Positions 41,131-55,462 of a stretch of DNA of 64,000 nt are shown in pieces. Every line of letters begins with the position of its first letter. The first letter of the stretch is position 1. Source of the stretch: Octopus sinensis. Taxonomy: Eukaryota. The notes below the pieces were generated by a model. That model worked only from the letters and a program-made list of their open reading frames with translations, was not told where the DNA came from and did not search any database. Where the stretch lies: the NCBI RefSeq assembly GCF_006345805.1, contig NC_043004.1, forward strand, positions 92,566,001 to 92,630,000, written 5' to 3'. The position numbers and the translations under genes are program-made.

Positions 41131-41819
41131 GAGGTGTATTACAACATCCGATAATCTGGTCGAGATAGTGAGACAGTGATGCGGTGATACTCTAAATGTT
41201 AAAATAAGGAAAAACAGATACACATATTTGTGTATGTATGTGTGTGTGTATACACGTTATAAATATAAACTTTCTCAATCAACAACAATGATCTCAACCC
41301 TGTAGTTCTTTTCAACACACCTTCCTATATGTAACAACTAATATCTTTTCTATGTCACTCATTCATCTCAAGCAGCAACACCTCACTGTCACGACCAGTT
41401 CGGGATTCCTTCGTTCTGGTGACCTGAAATGTTTGAAATTTATATATAATACATATGTGCATGTGTATGTATGTATATATGTATGTATGCACGTATGTAG
41501 GTATTATATATGCATATATGCTTGTGAGTGAGTATATGTGTTTGTGTATGTTTATAAGGGAAATAGGAGAAAAAAAAACACACTTCTCTACAGGTAGATA
41601 TATATGTATTTGCGTGTGTGTGCGCGTGCATGTGTAGTGTTTCCTCACTTTCTATTGCTCGTATTATTTATTTGCTTGTCTGTTTATTTATTGATGGACT
41701 TCAGCTAATTTGTCAGCGATCCCAGTTGATAGTTATTCGCTCTTGGGCCAAGTTTTCATGTTGGTTTATCTTTCACGAACGGATATTGATAAGAAATAAA
41801 AACAAAGCCGGGCTCTAAA

Positions 41820-41831
41820 CAACAACAATTC

Positions 41832-41918
<87 letters not shown>

Positions 41919-41935
41919 CAACAACAACAACGATG
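41820..41935. repeat. (AAT)n microsatellite with (AAC)n ends
   Basis: Direct reading. Confidence 0.95.
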
Positions 41936-42952
41936 ATAATAGTCGTAGTGATGGGGAATGTATTTTAATCCTGTCCATTATAGCCGACTAGTTTTAGGTA
42001 AACTTAACGATAATATTTTTCCTGTCTCGGCGCCAAATGTTCTAGAATAAAAAACAACTGAATAAATTTAAAACAAACTGTTTTATCAGACGACAACATT
42101 CCAGCAAATGAACTTTTCATTAAACAAAAAGTAAAAAAAAAATGTTAGAAAAAGAATCATAAATAAATTACGGGGTTTTTACTCTCCAGAGTAAAATGAT
42201 AAACAATTTCCTACATTTTTATGTGTTTTTTTTTAGTTTTTCCACCATTTATATTTTCCTTGCCTTTACTATTACTAATACTACGTTTAACTATAATTAC
42301 TAAGACACTTCTCTACAAAACTTTATGCCCAGCTAATGAAGACATAAAGCAGCCGTCTTTAATCTCGACTACCAAAGATATTCTTTTTTCTCATTTTTCC
42401 ATTCGTTTCAAACGGCCATTAAATTTCTTTTTAGTTTTGTTGTTTTTCGCTGTTTTATATTTTTTTCTATTGCTTGTCCTTCATTTGTCCAGACTTCATT
42501 TTCATCTTCATAATTCGCTTCTTCCTCTTTTCCTTCCTCTCTTTTATCTTCCATCTTCTTTACTCTATTATTATTTATTGTCTTCGATGTTTCTGCACCT
42601 TTTTTTCAACTCTTCTCCTAACTCCATCGACCATCCAAACCAATAAAGAAAGAAACCTTCGGTAGAGACTTCACTAATTTGTAAACTACCATAAAACTAA
42701 CCATTAATCCATCAGTTGTATCAAATATGACAATTATTTTAATCAAATTCTTTCACTAACTCACTTGGTTAGAGTTTAAAACAAATCGACTTCCTCATCA
42801 CAATCATCCGAAATTTTTACTGTCTTCTCTAAGCTTTCTTTCCACAATTGCACACATGTGCACACACACACACACACATACACACACATATGCCTTTCTA
42901 TGTATGTGTCTGTGTGTACATATATGTGTGTGTATGTATGTATGTATGTATG

Positions 42953-42984
<32 letters not shown>

Positions 42985-43089
42985 GTGTGTGTATCGGATG
43001 GAGGAACATTCCTCAGTCTTCGCAAGTCCTCTGAGACTGGTGAGAACGATACCAATAAATATTTCGCATAAACTTTTGCGAATGTACAA

Positions 43090-43320
43090 GAACAAGAAAA
43101 ACATAATTCGGGAAAGAATTAAAGAGGCGGATGATCTGGGGAAGAAGGAATGTGTAAATCTATTAGCAAATAGCCGGTGGGGTGGCTGGGTACAGCATTA
43201 GTGGTAAGTAAAAGAGAGCTGACTGTGTGAAGAGTGCTCAAAATGGAAGGTGTGTGAGACCAACCAGCTCCGGGGAAAATCTCGCTCGTGGGTCAGAGGT
43301 TAGACATTAGTTGCGACTGT
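43090..43320 (+). mobile_element. Possible RTE-clade LINE 3' remnant
   Basis: Degenerate W..H...DCVK...W spacing (GACTGTGTGAAGAGTGC) with many stops. Confidence 0.3.
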
Positions 43321-43559
43321 TTCTTTAGCGATAAGTCGTCGACCCTTCTTTTTTGACTGATATTTTAATTTTTGATTCCCAGAAAATGAAAAGGATAATT
43401 AACTTCAGCAGGATTTGAAATCAGAAAAGCAAAGGATTTAAATACGCTCTAACGTTTCTGTTAATCCACCACTCTAATAAAATTAATTTCTAACATAGGT
43501 ACAAATTTTTTTGCAAGCTATAAATGGAGGACGTGGGCATTCGAAACAATGGACTCTAC

Positions 43560-43655
43560 TTCTTGACTGGTCCTTGTATTTTACGGAAATATGAAAGGCA
43601 AAGTTGACTTCACCGGAATTTTAAGTCAGAAAATTGAAATGGACGTAAATACAGC
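43560..43655 (-). mobile_element. SINE family A fragment
   Basis: ATGAAAGGCAAAGTTGACTTCACCGGAATTTT on the plus strand is the reverse complement of the B-box and central domain. Confidence 0.6.
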
Positions 43656-43884
43656 CATAATAATAACAACAATAACAACAACAACAACAACAACAACAGT
43701 AACAATAATAATAATAATAATAATATAATAATAATAATAATAATAAAATAATAATAATATAATAATAATAATAATAATAATAATGTTTCTAATGTACACC
43801 AAAGCCGGCATTTTTGTGGAAGGTGGCTAGTTGATGAATTCGACCACAGTACTTCATTTATAACAATTTTAACGACTTTTTTTT

Positions 43885-44034
43885 TATGTTCAGGGTTCAA
43901 ATACCGCTAATATCAACTTTACATTTCATCTATCTGGAGTCGATAAAATAAGACAACAGTCGAGTAGTGAGTTCCATGTAATTGAGTTAACCGCTCCTCT
44001 CAAAATTAATTGTGTTGTGCCAAAATTAGAAAGA

Positions 44035-44037
<3 letters not shown>
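43885..44037 (+). mobile_element. SINE family A, 5'-truncated
   Basis: GGGTTCAAATACCGC...GAGTCGATAAAATAAG...TTGTGCCAAAATTAGAAAG. Confidence 0.65.
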
Positions 44038-44072
<35 letters not shown>

Positions 44073-44082
44073 GGTTGTTGTT

Positions 44083-44290
44083 AAGATGGTGAGAATCGTT
44101 ATCACACCAGGTAAAAGACTTAGCGGGATTTCGTCTGTTTCTACGTTCTGAATTCAAATTTCGCTGAAGTCGACTTTGCCTTTCAACATTTAGGAGTCTG
44201 TAAATTAAGTACTAATTGAACACTGGGTTGATGTAATCAACAAGTCCCCTCTGCCTAAACATTCTGGCCTTGTGCCTATAGTAGAAAGGA
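44083..44290 (+). mobile_element. SINE family A, short tail
   Basis: Full head-to-tail match between (GTT)n and (ATT)n. Confidence 0.85.
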
Positions 44291-45043
44291 TTATTATTAT
44301 CTAATTTACTTATTTGCTTCAAGGACTCAAATCTAGTGGACGTGATCTCAAAAGCTGGATAAAATATTGTGGCAGTGTTACATAAAAATGTAAATACCAA
44401 AACAAAAGGGTTAACAAAAACTATCAGCAAAATCCTGTGGAGGGGACAGCTATCTAGAATCAGTCAAGTATCCCCAGAAACGTAACCATAAACAGTTATA
44501 ACACGTTCTCAGATTTAATTTTCCGGTCAAAACTCGCATATGTAAGAGTATGGTACGTTCACTTGTGCCAAGTTGATTACACTTACACTCCCCTTTAAAA
44601 ACTTACCATGGGGCAATAACTCCCTCACCAGCATCATTTTTCTTCTACTAATGATACTTAGTAAAGTTGCTGTCTGCCTATATGTTCATGTATCAATGAA
44701 TTCTTTTATTATGTCCTCTGTTACTAATATCTAACGAAAACTTATTGTAGTTCGACTGATACATAATAAATAAGAAGCACTTATAGAAATTTGTGATATG
44801 CGTCGATATTGAAACTATTTGGAGGTGGGGTTGCTTTATGATATGAAATACATAATTTACACAAACACACAAAAAATGAGCGCTAGACAAACTATTTTTC
44901 TCTTGTGTTACATTCCCCAAGGGCTGCCTTAATCGACATAATTTGTATTAATGCTTGTGGGATTTTTCGTATGATTTTTCTTTTTAGTTTCATAAAAGCA
45001 ATTGTTGATTTTTTCCTATCTTACTTGTAAATCAAATATTAAA

Positions 45044-45132
<89 letters not shown>

Positions 45133-45385
45133 CAGTTAGATAGATAGATACATACATACATAAATACATGTACGTGTGTGCGCATATCTGTATATGTGTG
45201 TTTATGCACGTACATACCATATTGTGTGAATATATATATATATATATTATATATATACATAAGTATAATATTCTATAATTATATACATAATTATAATGAG
45301 GGGATCGGCTAATTGCCTCACCACGTACTGAATTGGAAATATGTACACATATATATCTCTTTGTATGTATAAATATGTGTATATA

Positions 45386-45427
<42 letters not shown>

Positions 45428-45454
45428 TATATATATATATATATAATATATAAC

Positions 45455-45518
<64 letters not shown>

Positions 45519-45653
45519 CGTGTGTATGGAATTTTCAACAGCTCTCAATACGTGTTATAGCGCTTATAGTTTATTCAAACTGAATTGCTATATTATGATT
45601 CGAGTTTCATGCTTCAGCGATCATTAGGCCAGTAATATATATACATATATATC

Positions 45654-45897
45654 CATTGTTTTACCCTTCAAATGACGCCACCCCGCTGGCTAAACGAGCA
45701 GGCCAACAGAACAAAAGAGTGAGAGAAAGTTGTGGCGAAAGAGTACAGCAGGAATCGCCACTACACCCTGCCTGAGCCTTGTGGAGCTTTAGGCGTTTTC
45801 GCTCTATAAACACTTACAACACACGGTCTGGGAATCGAAACCGCGATCCTACGACCGCGAGTCCGCTGCCCTAACCAATGGGCCATTGCGCCTCCAT
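45654..45897 (-). mobile_element. tRNA(Arg)-like-headed SINE, family F
   Basis: Head GGAGGCGCAATGGCCCATTGGTTAGGGCAGCGGACTCGCGGTCGTAGGATCGCGGTTTCGATTCCC (TCG at the anticodon-like position). The 3' part TTGGCCTGCTCGTTTAGCCAGCGGGGTGGCGTCATTTGAAGG is shared with the 120 bp modules. Confidence 0.85.
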
Positions 45898-45920
45898 GCA
45901 TGTGTATGTATATATATATA

Positions 45921-45989
<69 letters not shown>

Positions 45990-47497
45990 GGGCATACATA
46001 TATACACATATGTATATATTATATACATATGTGTGCATATTCTTTTATTTGTTTCAGTGTGTGTATGTGTGTGCTTGTTTCTGTCTGTGTGCATGGGCAT
46101 GTCTCGAATAAACTGAATAAATGTATGCAGATTACACTCTATTATTCAGAAGGCCAGACTTTGGTCAAGGAAATGTTTTTGCTGTTATTGATATTGATGT
46201 TGTTGTTGTTGTTATACATCCCAGCACTTTACATATAAGGCGCTCATTATTATATAATTCATGCACATACACGCTGAAAAATGATCTCACTCACATACAT
46301 AAATGCGTATGTATACATGCATATAGACATATATCACATACGCACGCGCATATACGTATACATATATATACATATATACGCACGCACAAACACATATATG
46401 TACATGCGAATACACACACGTCCGTGCATGTGTGCGTGCGTGCGTGTTTAATACAAAAATAAAATATGTATAACTTACATAGAATATATTCTAACATGGA
46501 ATACGCTAATTGAAAGAGAATCTGGTTAATGCTAAACCCCAACCACTCTGTACTCCGGGTATTTAGTAAAGGATTTCTGTTATTTGCCTCAAGAGCAATG
46601 CAAATATAAAATATTTATATTCAATAACGAATCAAGAGTATAAAAATCAACAAGAGAAATAGTACATATTAAAAAATAACCAAACTATAGTTATAGATAT
46701 ATGTGTGACGGTGCCTTTGAATGGGCACAGCCAACTGGTAGAACCAGTTTCTGAATAAAAGAATATATAGACATAATATAATCACCTATTCTTATATTGT
46801 TGTTGTTCACTTGGATATATAAACACAATGTGAGGAAAAGATAGAAGCCAAATACCTGACATTGTCATTAGAGATTAAAAATTTACAGCACTAGCAAATT
46901 GATATGTATAAAAAATACATACCATGTAAGAGATTCGGTTTCTTTTATTAATCTTTGAATGCATACATCCAAGATTACAGTTAAACAAAGTGACGCTGAT
47001 CCAAAGTGTAACTACAATATTAGGCTGAACTTCATTAAATTTAATTAAATTTCTCAAAATACAAATAATTTTCAACACAGGTAAACCCGTATACACAATG
47101 ACAAACTAGGCATATACAAAAATCAATGATTAAAAAAAAATGACATTACAAAATACTCCAATTATCAAATACAAGTACAAATATCTGGAGAAATTTAAAT
47201 AATGAAAATACCAAGTCTTGATTAGTCTTATGACGTTGGAAACTTAGAGAGAGATTAGGTAGAAAACAAAAAGAGATTATCAATCAAATTTGCACTTTTG
47301 TGCCAAGATTTTAAAAATCCATCATCATCGTTTTCATCATTATTGTCGTCATCGCCGTCATCAACATCATCATCATCATCATCATCACGATCAACATCAC
47401 CCTCACCATCGTTTTCATCGTCATCGTCATCGACATCGTCGTTGTCATCGTCGTCATCACCATCTTTACCATCACCCTCGTATTATCATCATTATTT

Positions 47498-47712
47498 AAG
47501 GCATGAGCTGGCAGAATGGTTAGCATGGTGGACGAGATGCTTAGCGGCATTTCGCCCGTTGCTACGTTCTGAGTTCAAATTCCACTGAGGTCGACTTTGC
47601 CTTTCCTCTTTTCGGGGTCGAGAAACTAAGTACCGGTTGTGTACTGAGGTCGATGTCATCGACTAGTCCCCTCCCGTCAAATTTCAGGCCTTGTGCCTAT
47701 AGTAAAAAGGAG
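47498..47712 (+). mobile_element. SINE family A, short tail
   Basis: Low-divergence full copy: AAGGCATGAGCTGGCAGAATGGTTAG...GGCCTTGTGCCTATAGTAAAAAGG. Confidence 0.88.
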
Positions 47713-47755
47713 TATCATCATTATCGTTAACAGCAGCAACAGCAACAATAATAAC

Positions 47756-47815
<60 letters not shown>

Positions 47816-48575
47816 TACAATAACAGTGACAAAACAACAATAATAATGAAAATAACTATCAGGATTCATGGAAATTTAATGTCTATTTTCTTGCCTAAAT
47901 CTATAGATTATCATAACATTGCTGTTTCATAAAGTTAAACATTTTTTTATTATAATCTTACTATCGTTCCATAGTTAAGGTTACTGAAAGCGTAACGCTC
48001 AAAAGTGAATCATTATGTTAAAGACTTCGATTATGTTCTCGGTTTCGTTCCATAGTTAAGTGTAACACTCGGACACATGTTGTGACAGACTAAAATGAAT
48101 AAATAATCAACGTATCACTCTCGATCGCATGAAAATCAATATAGCTTTCAAAGACATGGGAGACAGTGTGTAAATGTAAGAAAAGAATATAGAGATATAT
48201 ATCCAGAATCTGGGGATTGGAAACAGAAACAAAACCTGGCCATAATAGGTGCCTTGGGAATGCTAAAATGAAATATAAATACATAAAATATCCTAGGACT
48301 CGCAGATATACATAACATAGTCGAAATAGCACTAGGTGACACAGCACATATATTATGTAGAATGCTTAGAATGTGATCGAAGCAATTCACTCATAAAAGC
48401 AAAAAATAAAATAAACTGACCATACATATTTAAGGCATGTATAAGTTGGAATCGTTTGTGTTTTAAAAGAAAACAGTAACAAAAAGACTAATGAAATGAT
48501 GACAATGACGACTACGACGAGATGATGATGATGATGATGATGATGACGTATTTCTTTATATAATATACTATAACA

Positions 48576-48608
<33 letters not shown>

Positions 48609-48796
48609 TCGTACATTTATAGATATAATAAAATATTCGAATATACAAATATAAAATATATAATATATATAATTCATAATATATATATATAATATATATA
48701 TATATATATTTTATGTAATATTTATATACTTATATTTATGTAATAAATCAATATATAATATAAATACATATAAGCGTGTAGTAAACACACACTCAA

Positions 48797-48831
<35 letters not shown>

Positions 48832-48986
48832 TATATATATATATATGTATATATATATATTGTATATATATAATATAGATTACTATGTACATTATGTATA
48901 CATAATATATATTAATGTATATTATATATAAAATATATATTAATATATATATCATATATGATAATATATATTAATATATGTGTGTG

Positions 48987-49040
48987 TGGCGGTGCTCCAG
49001 CATGGCCGCAGTCAAATGACTGAAACTAATAAAAAAAAAT
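48987..49040 (+). mobile_element. SINE family D 3'-terminal fragment
   Basis: GGCGGTGCTCCAGCATGGCCGCAGTCAAATGACTGAAAC is identical to the family D tail. Confidence 0.75.
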
Positions 49041-49650
49041 ACACCCATAATACATCTATCCACCCACTCAAACCCTCCAATCTCATCCACTTTTGAGTAA
49101 ATTTACTGAGACAGAACTCACCTCTCCACTCACCCCTTCTGCTTCAGACATTTCTTGTATAAAATGACGAGGTCGTATGAAAAAAAGACACCCGTTCCCA
49201 AATTTTTCGTGCTTGTTTACTATACGACAAGGTACTTGACAGATGAAACGGCTTGTCGTTCCCTACCGAGAGAAGGTGGCAGCTATCACAGGACCAGACA
49301 TTCCAGGGATAGGGTATAGTTGAACAGATCGATACTAAAACCTAACTGGTTCCTATTTTATCAAAATCGATTCGTGTAGAATTTTGATGCAGAACATAAC
49401 CGAGTATAAAGATCATGTTTATAGGTACCCCACATATCTAACGTAAATTCCTTTCCATCTAAATACAATCATATTTATTGAATTTGATTATAAATGTTAT
49501 GAAAGAGGTCTTATAACGTACAGACCTCAGTTTTATCTAACTAAACGGCACCTCAACCGTTTGCATCTTCAGATATAAAAACTTGTCCTTTTTCGTCTTT
49601 GGTTCAGACATGGGTGTAGCTCGTACAAATTTTATAATAATAATAATGGA

Positions 49651-49886
49651 ATGGTTTCAATTGTTGGCACGAGATCAACAATTTCAGGGGAGGGTATAAG
49701 TTGATTCCATCGACCCCAGTGCTCAACTGGTACTCATTTAATTCCCGAAAGGATGAAAAATGAAAGTCATTTAATTGACCCCGAAAGGATGACCTCGGCG
49801 GCATGTGAAATCAGAACGTAAAGACGTGTGAAATGTTGCTAAGCATTTTGTCCGGCGTGTTAACGATACTGCCAGTTCGCCGCCTT
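49651..49886 (-). mobile_element. SINE family A with a small internal duplication
   Basis: Full head and tail; CCCGAAAGGATGA occurs twice (~49745 and ~49779). Confidence 0.8.
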
Positions 49887-51097
49887 GATGATTGATGATG
49901 ATAATAATAATAATATTCGTATATTTTACCCCAGTGTCATTTTCATGGCATGTGGCATATGCTGCTCTCTCACTCAACAAAAATAGTATTAATAATAATA
50001 ATAATAATAATAATTTTTTCTACAGTTGCATCATATGAGGGGGACATTACAGTTTTTAATTTTTCTGGGTATTTACATATAAAGATGAACGAAAAAGAGA
50101 GGAAACTGAAATAAGATATAAGTTATATATAGCATTCAAAATATGCAGACACACAGAAGGTGCAGTCCTCTTGATATAGAGAGTTCTCCAACTAAGACTC
50201 CCGCAAACACAGGATCTTTCAGACCAAAACAGCACAAATCCTTGCCTATTAATAATAACCTAAGATACATTTTTTTATTATTATTATTATTTTATTTTTT
50301 CGTTCGCATCAAATAACAGAATATTTCTAAGCACACCGCAAAGGCAATCACAAATTTTGCTAGATTTGGGAAAGAAATCTTCGCATGTATTTTTTCTTTT
50401 TTTTTTTTTTTTCTAAAACCATTCCCAATTTCCTTTATTTTATTTCTTCACTCCTCACTCACTCACACTTATCACTTATAACACGAAATGGCAATGCACT
50501 TATGATATGAAAAAAGAATATGAGCACAAAGAATATCTTCCAACAATATGATATGATTAAGCCGTTTGGAAATTATGAATACAGCGAGGAAGGCGTATTT
50601 GTGTCCCAGCTGTTGCCATTACATCCGATTAAAAGGGATTGTTCGCTGCTTATATTATTGTCTCATTATCGCTTCATGCAATGTAGTTTCTAAATTTGCT
50701 GCCGATATATAATATATATATATATATATATACTATATATATATATATATATATTGTATATATATATATCTATAAATATTGTGTATATATATATTCGATA
50801 TATATGTATGTATGTTTATAGATATATTTTAAAATATATATATATATTTCAATTTATGCATAGCATGCATGTAGCAAAGTATGAATTTGTGTTTGTGTGC
50901 ATACATGGCATACACGTCCACGCATTCATACACAAATACTAGTGCACCCATTCACCCGCATTCACAAATTCACAAATACACAGACGCAAACACACGCATA
51001 TACTGTGTGTGGATGTGTCTGTATATAAGCTTTTGCTTATTTTGTTCACAAATGAGAGAGAAATCAATACATGAAACAGAGTTTATAATTACATATA

Positions 51098-51144
<47 letters not shown>

Positions 51145-51603
51145 CATATATATATATACGATTATATTCATACAATTATATACACACATATATACATACA
51201 TACACACTTACATACATTCATGAGTTTACGCGCGGATGTGTGTTTTATTAAAATAGTGATTCCGAGGAAATACGTTTCCTATCGTACGAGCACCTTTCTG
51301 GCGTATTCGGAATCGAAGCTGAATTCATTTTGTCGTATTCAAGGTATTTATAAAATATGTGCGCACTCAATATCAGTATTATTAGTACTTTAATCTAAAC
51401 GGTTTTTCCCTGCTGAGTTAAGCTCAGGATTTATCTATATACTGTTCATTTCTGTCGGGCATTCTATAAAACCACTACTTGTTCTCGATATTTTACTCAT
51501 AGACACATATATGCATATATATATATATATACATATATATGTATATATGTAAACATAATATATGTATACGCATATATATATACATATGTAGTATATATAT
51601 ATA

Positions 51604-51642
<39 letters not shown>

Positions 51643-51723
51643 TATATATATATATGTATATATATATACGTTTAAATATTTGTTGTGCAAGATTTTTTAT
51701 GTGAAGTCGTGTTGTTGAAACAG

Positions 51724-52114
51724 ATATTGTTATATTTCGGAATGGTCATATGCCAGTTTAGCCAATAAAAACACACGCACTATATATTTGGTGTTATTTT
51801 GCTTCAGTGATATTTATTTTTTACATTAATCTTAATCTTTTCGGCCAAAGTTCTTTCGTCACACTCCTGTGACCGCATCAGTGGTCCTTTGTTTTCTTCT
51901 CACTGACGGTTAGTAAGGTGAGACACAAGTAAGTGAGAAGAAAACAAAGGACCACTGATGCGGTCACAGGAGTGTGACGAAAGAACTTTGGCCGAAATAA
52001 GATTAAGATTAATGTAAAAAATAAATATCACTGAAGCAAAATAACACCAAATATATAGTGCGTGTGTTTTTATTGGCTACACTGGCAATATGACCATTCC
52101 GAATATAACAATAT
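51724..52114. mobile_element. Foldback with ~181 bp near-identical inverted arms carrying a hammerhead-like fold (inverted pLTR pair)
   Basis: 51724-51904 is the reverse complement of 51932-52114, with a 27 bp spacer. Right arm: GGACCA-CTGATGC-G-GTCACA-GGAG-TGTGAC-GAAA-GAACTT-TGGCC. Set within (TA)n. Confidence 0.85.
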
Positions 52115-52139
52115 ATATATATATTATATATATGTATTA

Positions 52140-52194
<55 letters not shown>

Positions 52195-52332
52195 TACATA
52201 TGTTATATAATTATATATATTATATATATTATATATGCATACATGTTATATTTATATACATATATTTATAAATATATATACATATTATGTATATATACAT
52301 TTAGATATATATATATATATATATATGTATAT

Positions 52333-52385
<53 letters not shown>

Positions 52386-52700
52386 TATATATGTATATAT
52401 ATATATATATACATATGTGTATATATATGTATATATATATATGTGTGTGCTTTACGCAATTCCATAGAACAGGCAAAGACTTGTCCTTACTGGTAAGGGA
52501 TCTATCCAGGTTTGAGATTTCAAATCATAATTGGAAACAAATTTGTTTCTCTTGACTTTACCATCTGGCAAAAGCATAATTATACAATTTTCACTGCATC
52601 CTATGTGTCCTCTTTTGCTAACACTTAGGGTCTTATAAATATAGGGCATTTGTTTCGAATTATTATTATCATTATTATTATTATTACTATTATTATTATA

Positions 52701-52733
<33 letters not shown>

Positions 52734-52736
52734 GCT

Positions 52737-52769
<33 letters not shown>

Positions 52770-53239
52770 ATTATCGTTATTAACCTTTATGTGTAATATT
52801 GCACAGTTCTGATGTGACAGAATATTGCTCTACTTAATCGTGGTTTGTTGTGTTGAATGCGCTTAGCGCGTCTCATTGTTATTTTTAAAAAGTGGCTATT
52901 ATTTTTATTGTCCCATGCAGTTTGAACAGCTGAGCAGGACTATCAGAAGTACTGAAAATATAAATGTTATCTGATGGTACACTTACACTAGAATTTTCAT
53001 GCAGAAGAAATGTATGTCTCCATATATGAAACATATGCAAATCCCTGGTTCTCACAAGCCCTTAGGAGCTTAAGTGATATATTATTAAGATTGCCTTTTT
53101 TTGTTGTTTTTTTTTCAATCTTAATACTAAAGTTTGCCCGTCGTTTTGCTTAAATGTCGCCAAATTGCAAATGTTATCTAAATCGTTTTTGCTCACCGAG
53201 GTGTTTTATACACAGAAGAAGCTGCAGAAGAAGAAAAGA

Positions 53240-53880
53240 AAAACATAAATGAAATTTCAAACAGAAAATATTAAGCAATTTTTATTTAAATATGCAAAAT
53301 TTGAAATGGAAAAAAAAAATCGGAAAATTCAAAACTGAGAAAGACATTAACTTTTAAACTAAATGTTTAAACCGAATTCAATTTTTTTATTTTAAATTTT
53401 AGACAAACCTGTAAAAATTAGTATGTATCACCCAAAATTATTAATAAAATTGAAATCAACTAAAGTTTGAAGCCAAAACATCATAAATTTACAAAAATCG
53501 TTAAACCTGTAAAATTTAAACTGGAGAAGAAAAAAATAGTAAATCGAAAAATGAAATTTTAAAGAAAGTATTTTAAAATTTTCAACTCGAAGATCTAAAT
53601 TAAATATAAAATTATATTGTAGAACTTGAGATTTGACGCAATTTTTTTTCTTTTAACTCAAACCGAAAAAAAATGAAATTAACTGAAATTTTCAAACCGA
53701 ACATTTAAATTGAAAGAATGAAATTTGTTTTAAAAAGATGAAAATTATTTGAATTTCCAAAGACAAAAATTGTATTGAAACAGTTTGAAATTTCAAATTA
53801 AAATTTTCCAACAGAACAATTTAAAGATGATTAAAAGCTAAATCAAAATTTCAAACCTAAAATTCATCCTGAAAGATTAA
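53240..53880. repeat. Degenerate A-tract-rich minisatellite-like region
   Basis: Recurring AAACCGAA, AAACCTGTAAAA, AAACTG and TGAAATT units with no clean period. Confidence 0.45.
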
Positions 53881-54355
53881 AACAAAATTCCCGTCCCTTC
53901 CAAAAGATTCAGAGTTTTTTTTAAAGTTTTGTTGTTGTTTTTTTGTTGATATTTTTTTTTCAAACATTTTCCATATATAATGACTCTAAATGTTTGACAT
54001 TCCAAATAAACTACCCCAAAATCTTTCAACTTTAAACTCCTAATAGACAGTATCCTACTTTGTATTGGATATGATTTTAAATTGTAAAAAAATTCTGTCT
54101 GTATGTGTATATATATATATATATACAAGCAACATATAAGTCTTATAAACGAATGTATGTATATGTGTATATGTACATATATATATATGTATATATGTGT
54201 ATGTATATATGAATATATATGTATAAATATATATATACATATATTCGTATATATACATACATATTCGTATATATATACCCGTACACATGCGTCTATAATA
54301 TATATATGTATGTATTCATATATTCGTATATATACCATACACATGTAACTATGAA

Positions 54356-54396
<41 letters not shown>

Positions 54397-54464
54397 TAAT
54401 ATATTATATATATATATAATATATGTATATATCATATATCCATATATATATATACATATACATA

Positions 54465-54498
<34 letters not shown>

Positions 54499-55296
54499 TA
54501 CGTTACACCATTAGAATCAAATCAAATTGACTCTTCACTTCCCATCAACAGTCTAATTCATATCTTCTGTTTCGTTCTGAGTTTGCGTTTCACCAGGATT
54601 GACGACTTTACTTTTCGTTCTATAGGGGGTGATAATATATGTACCTCTCATGTGCTGGTAAAGATTTGATTAAATCAGTTACAATATCCCCCACCGTCAT
54701 TTGTTATCATGTACAGAGTAATTTGTTGTTATTGCTCTCGTTCTTGTAATGATTTCTGATGTTATTTACTGTTGCTCTGCTTGTTTAACTCTAGTTCTGC
54801 CCTAAAACAGGAGACCTAATAACAAAAGCATTCAAACCATAACCATAAACTCATTGTGATATGCACTGTACACCCATTACAATATAATCTGTAAATCGTT
54901 TCTAAGTCGTTAGTTTGCCATTTGAAAGGATCTGAATGTTATTTTTTTGCGCTACAGTTTGAAATTGTTTTGCATGAATTTTAATTTTTATCATTTTATA
55001 CTGTTATAAAACAATGTCATCAGAGTACCTCAATATATTTATGTATGTTATGTATATATATATGTATGTGTGTATATATGTATCAATCTACTGTACGTGC
55101 ATTTGTGTTTGTCCACCCCTACCGCTTGACAACCGGTGAAAGAAACAGTTAGAAGTACCAAACATAAAAATGAATGTTGGAGTCGATTTGTTCAATTAAA
55201 CCCTTCAAAATGATGCCCCAGCATAGCGCTGTCCAGTATATGAAGCAAGTAAAAGTTTATATATATATATACATATATATGTATATATATATATAT

Positions 55297-55356
<60 letters not shown>

Positions 55357-55368
55357 ATATATATTATG

Positions 55369-55400
<32 letters not shown>

Positions 55401-55414
55401 TTATATATAATATA

Positions 55415-55462
<48 letters not shown>

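Noticed and set aside
47964-48060. 16 bp direct repeat TCGTTCCATAGTTAAG around 65 bp with AAGCGTAACGCTC
   Set aside because: Too short to call an insertion with TSD, and the hammerhead-like spacing lacks the core and GAAA.
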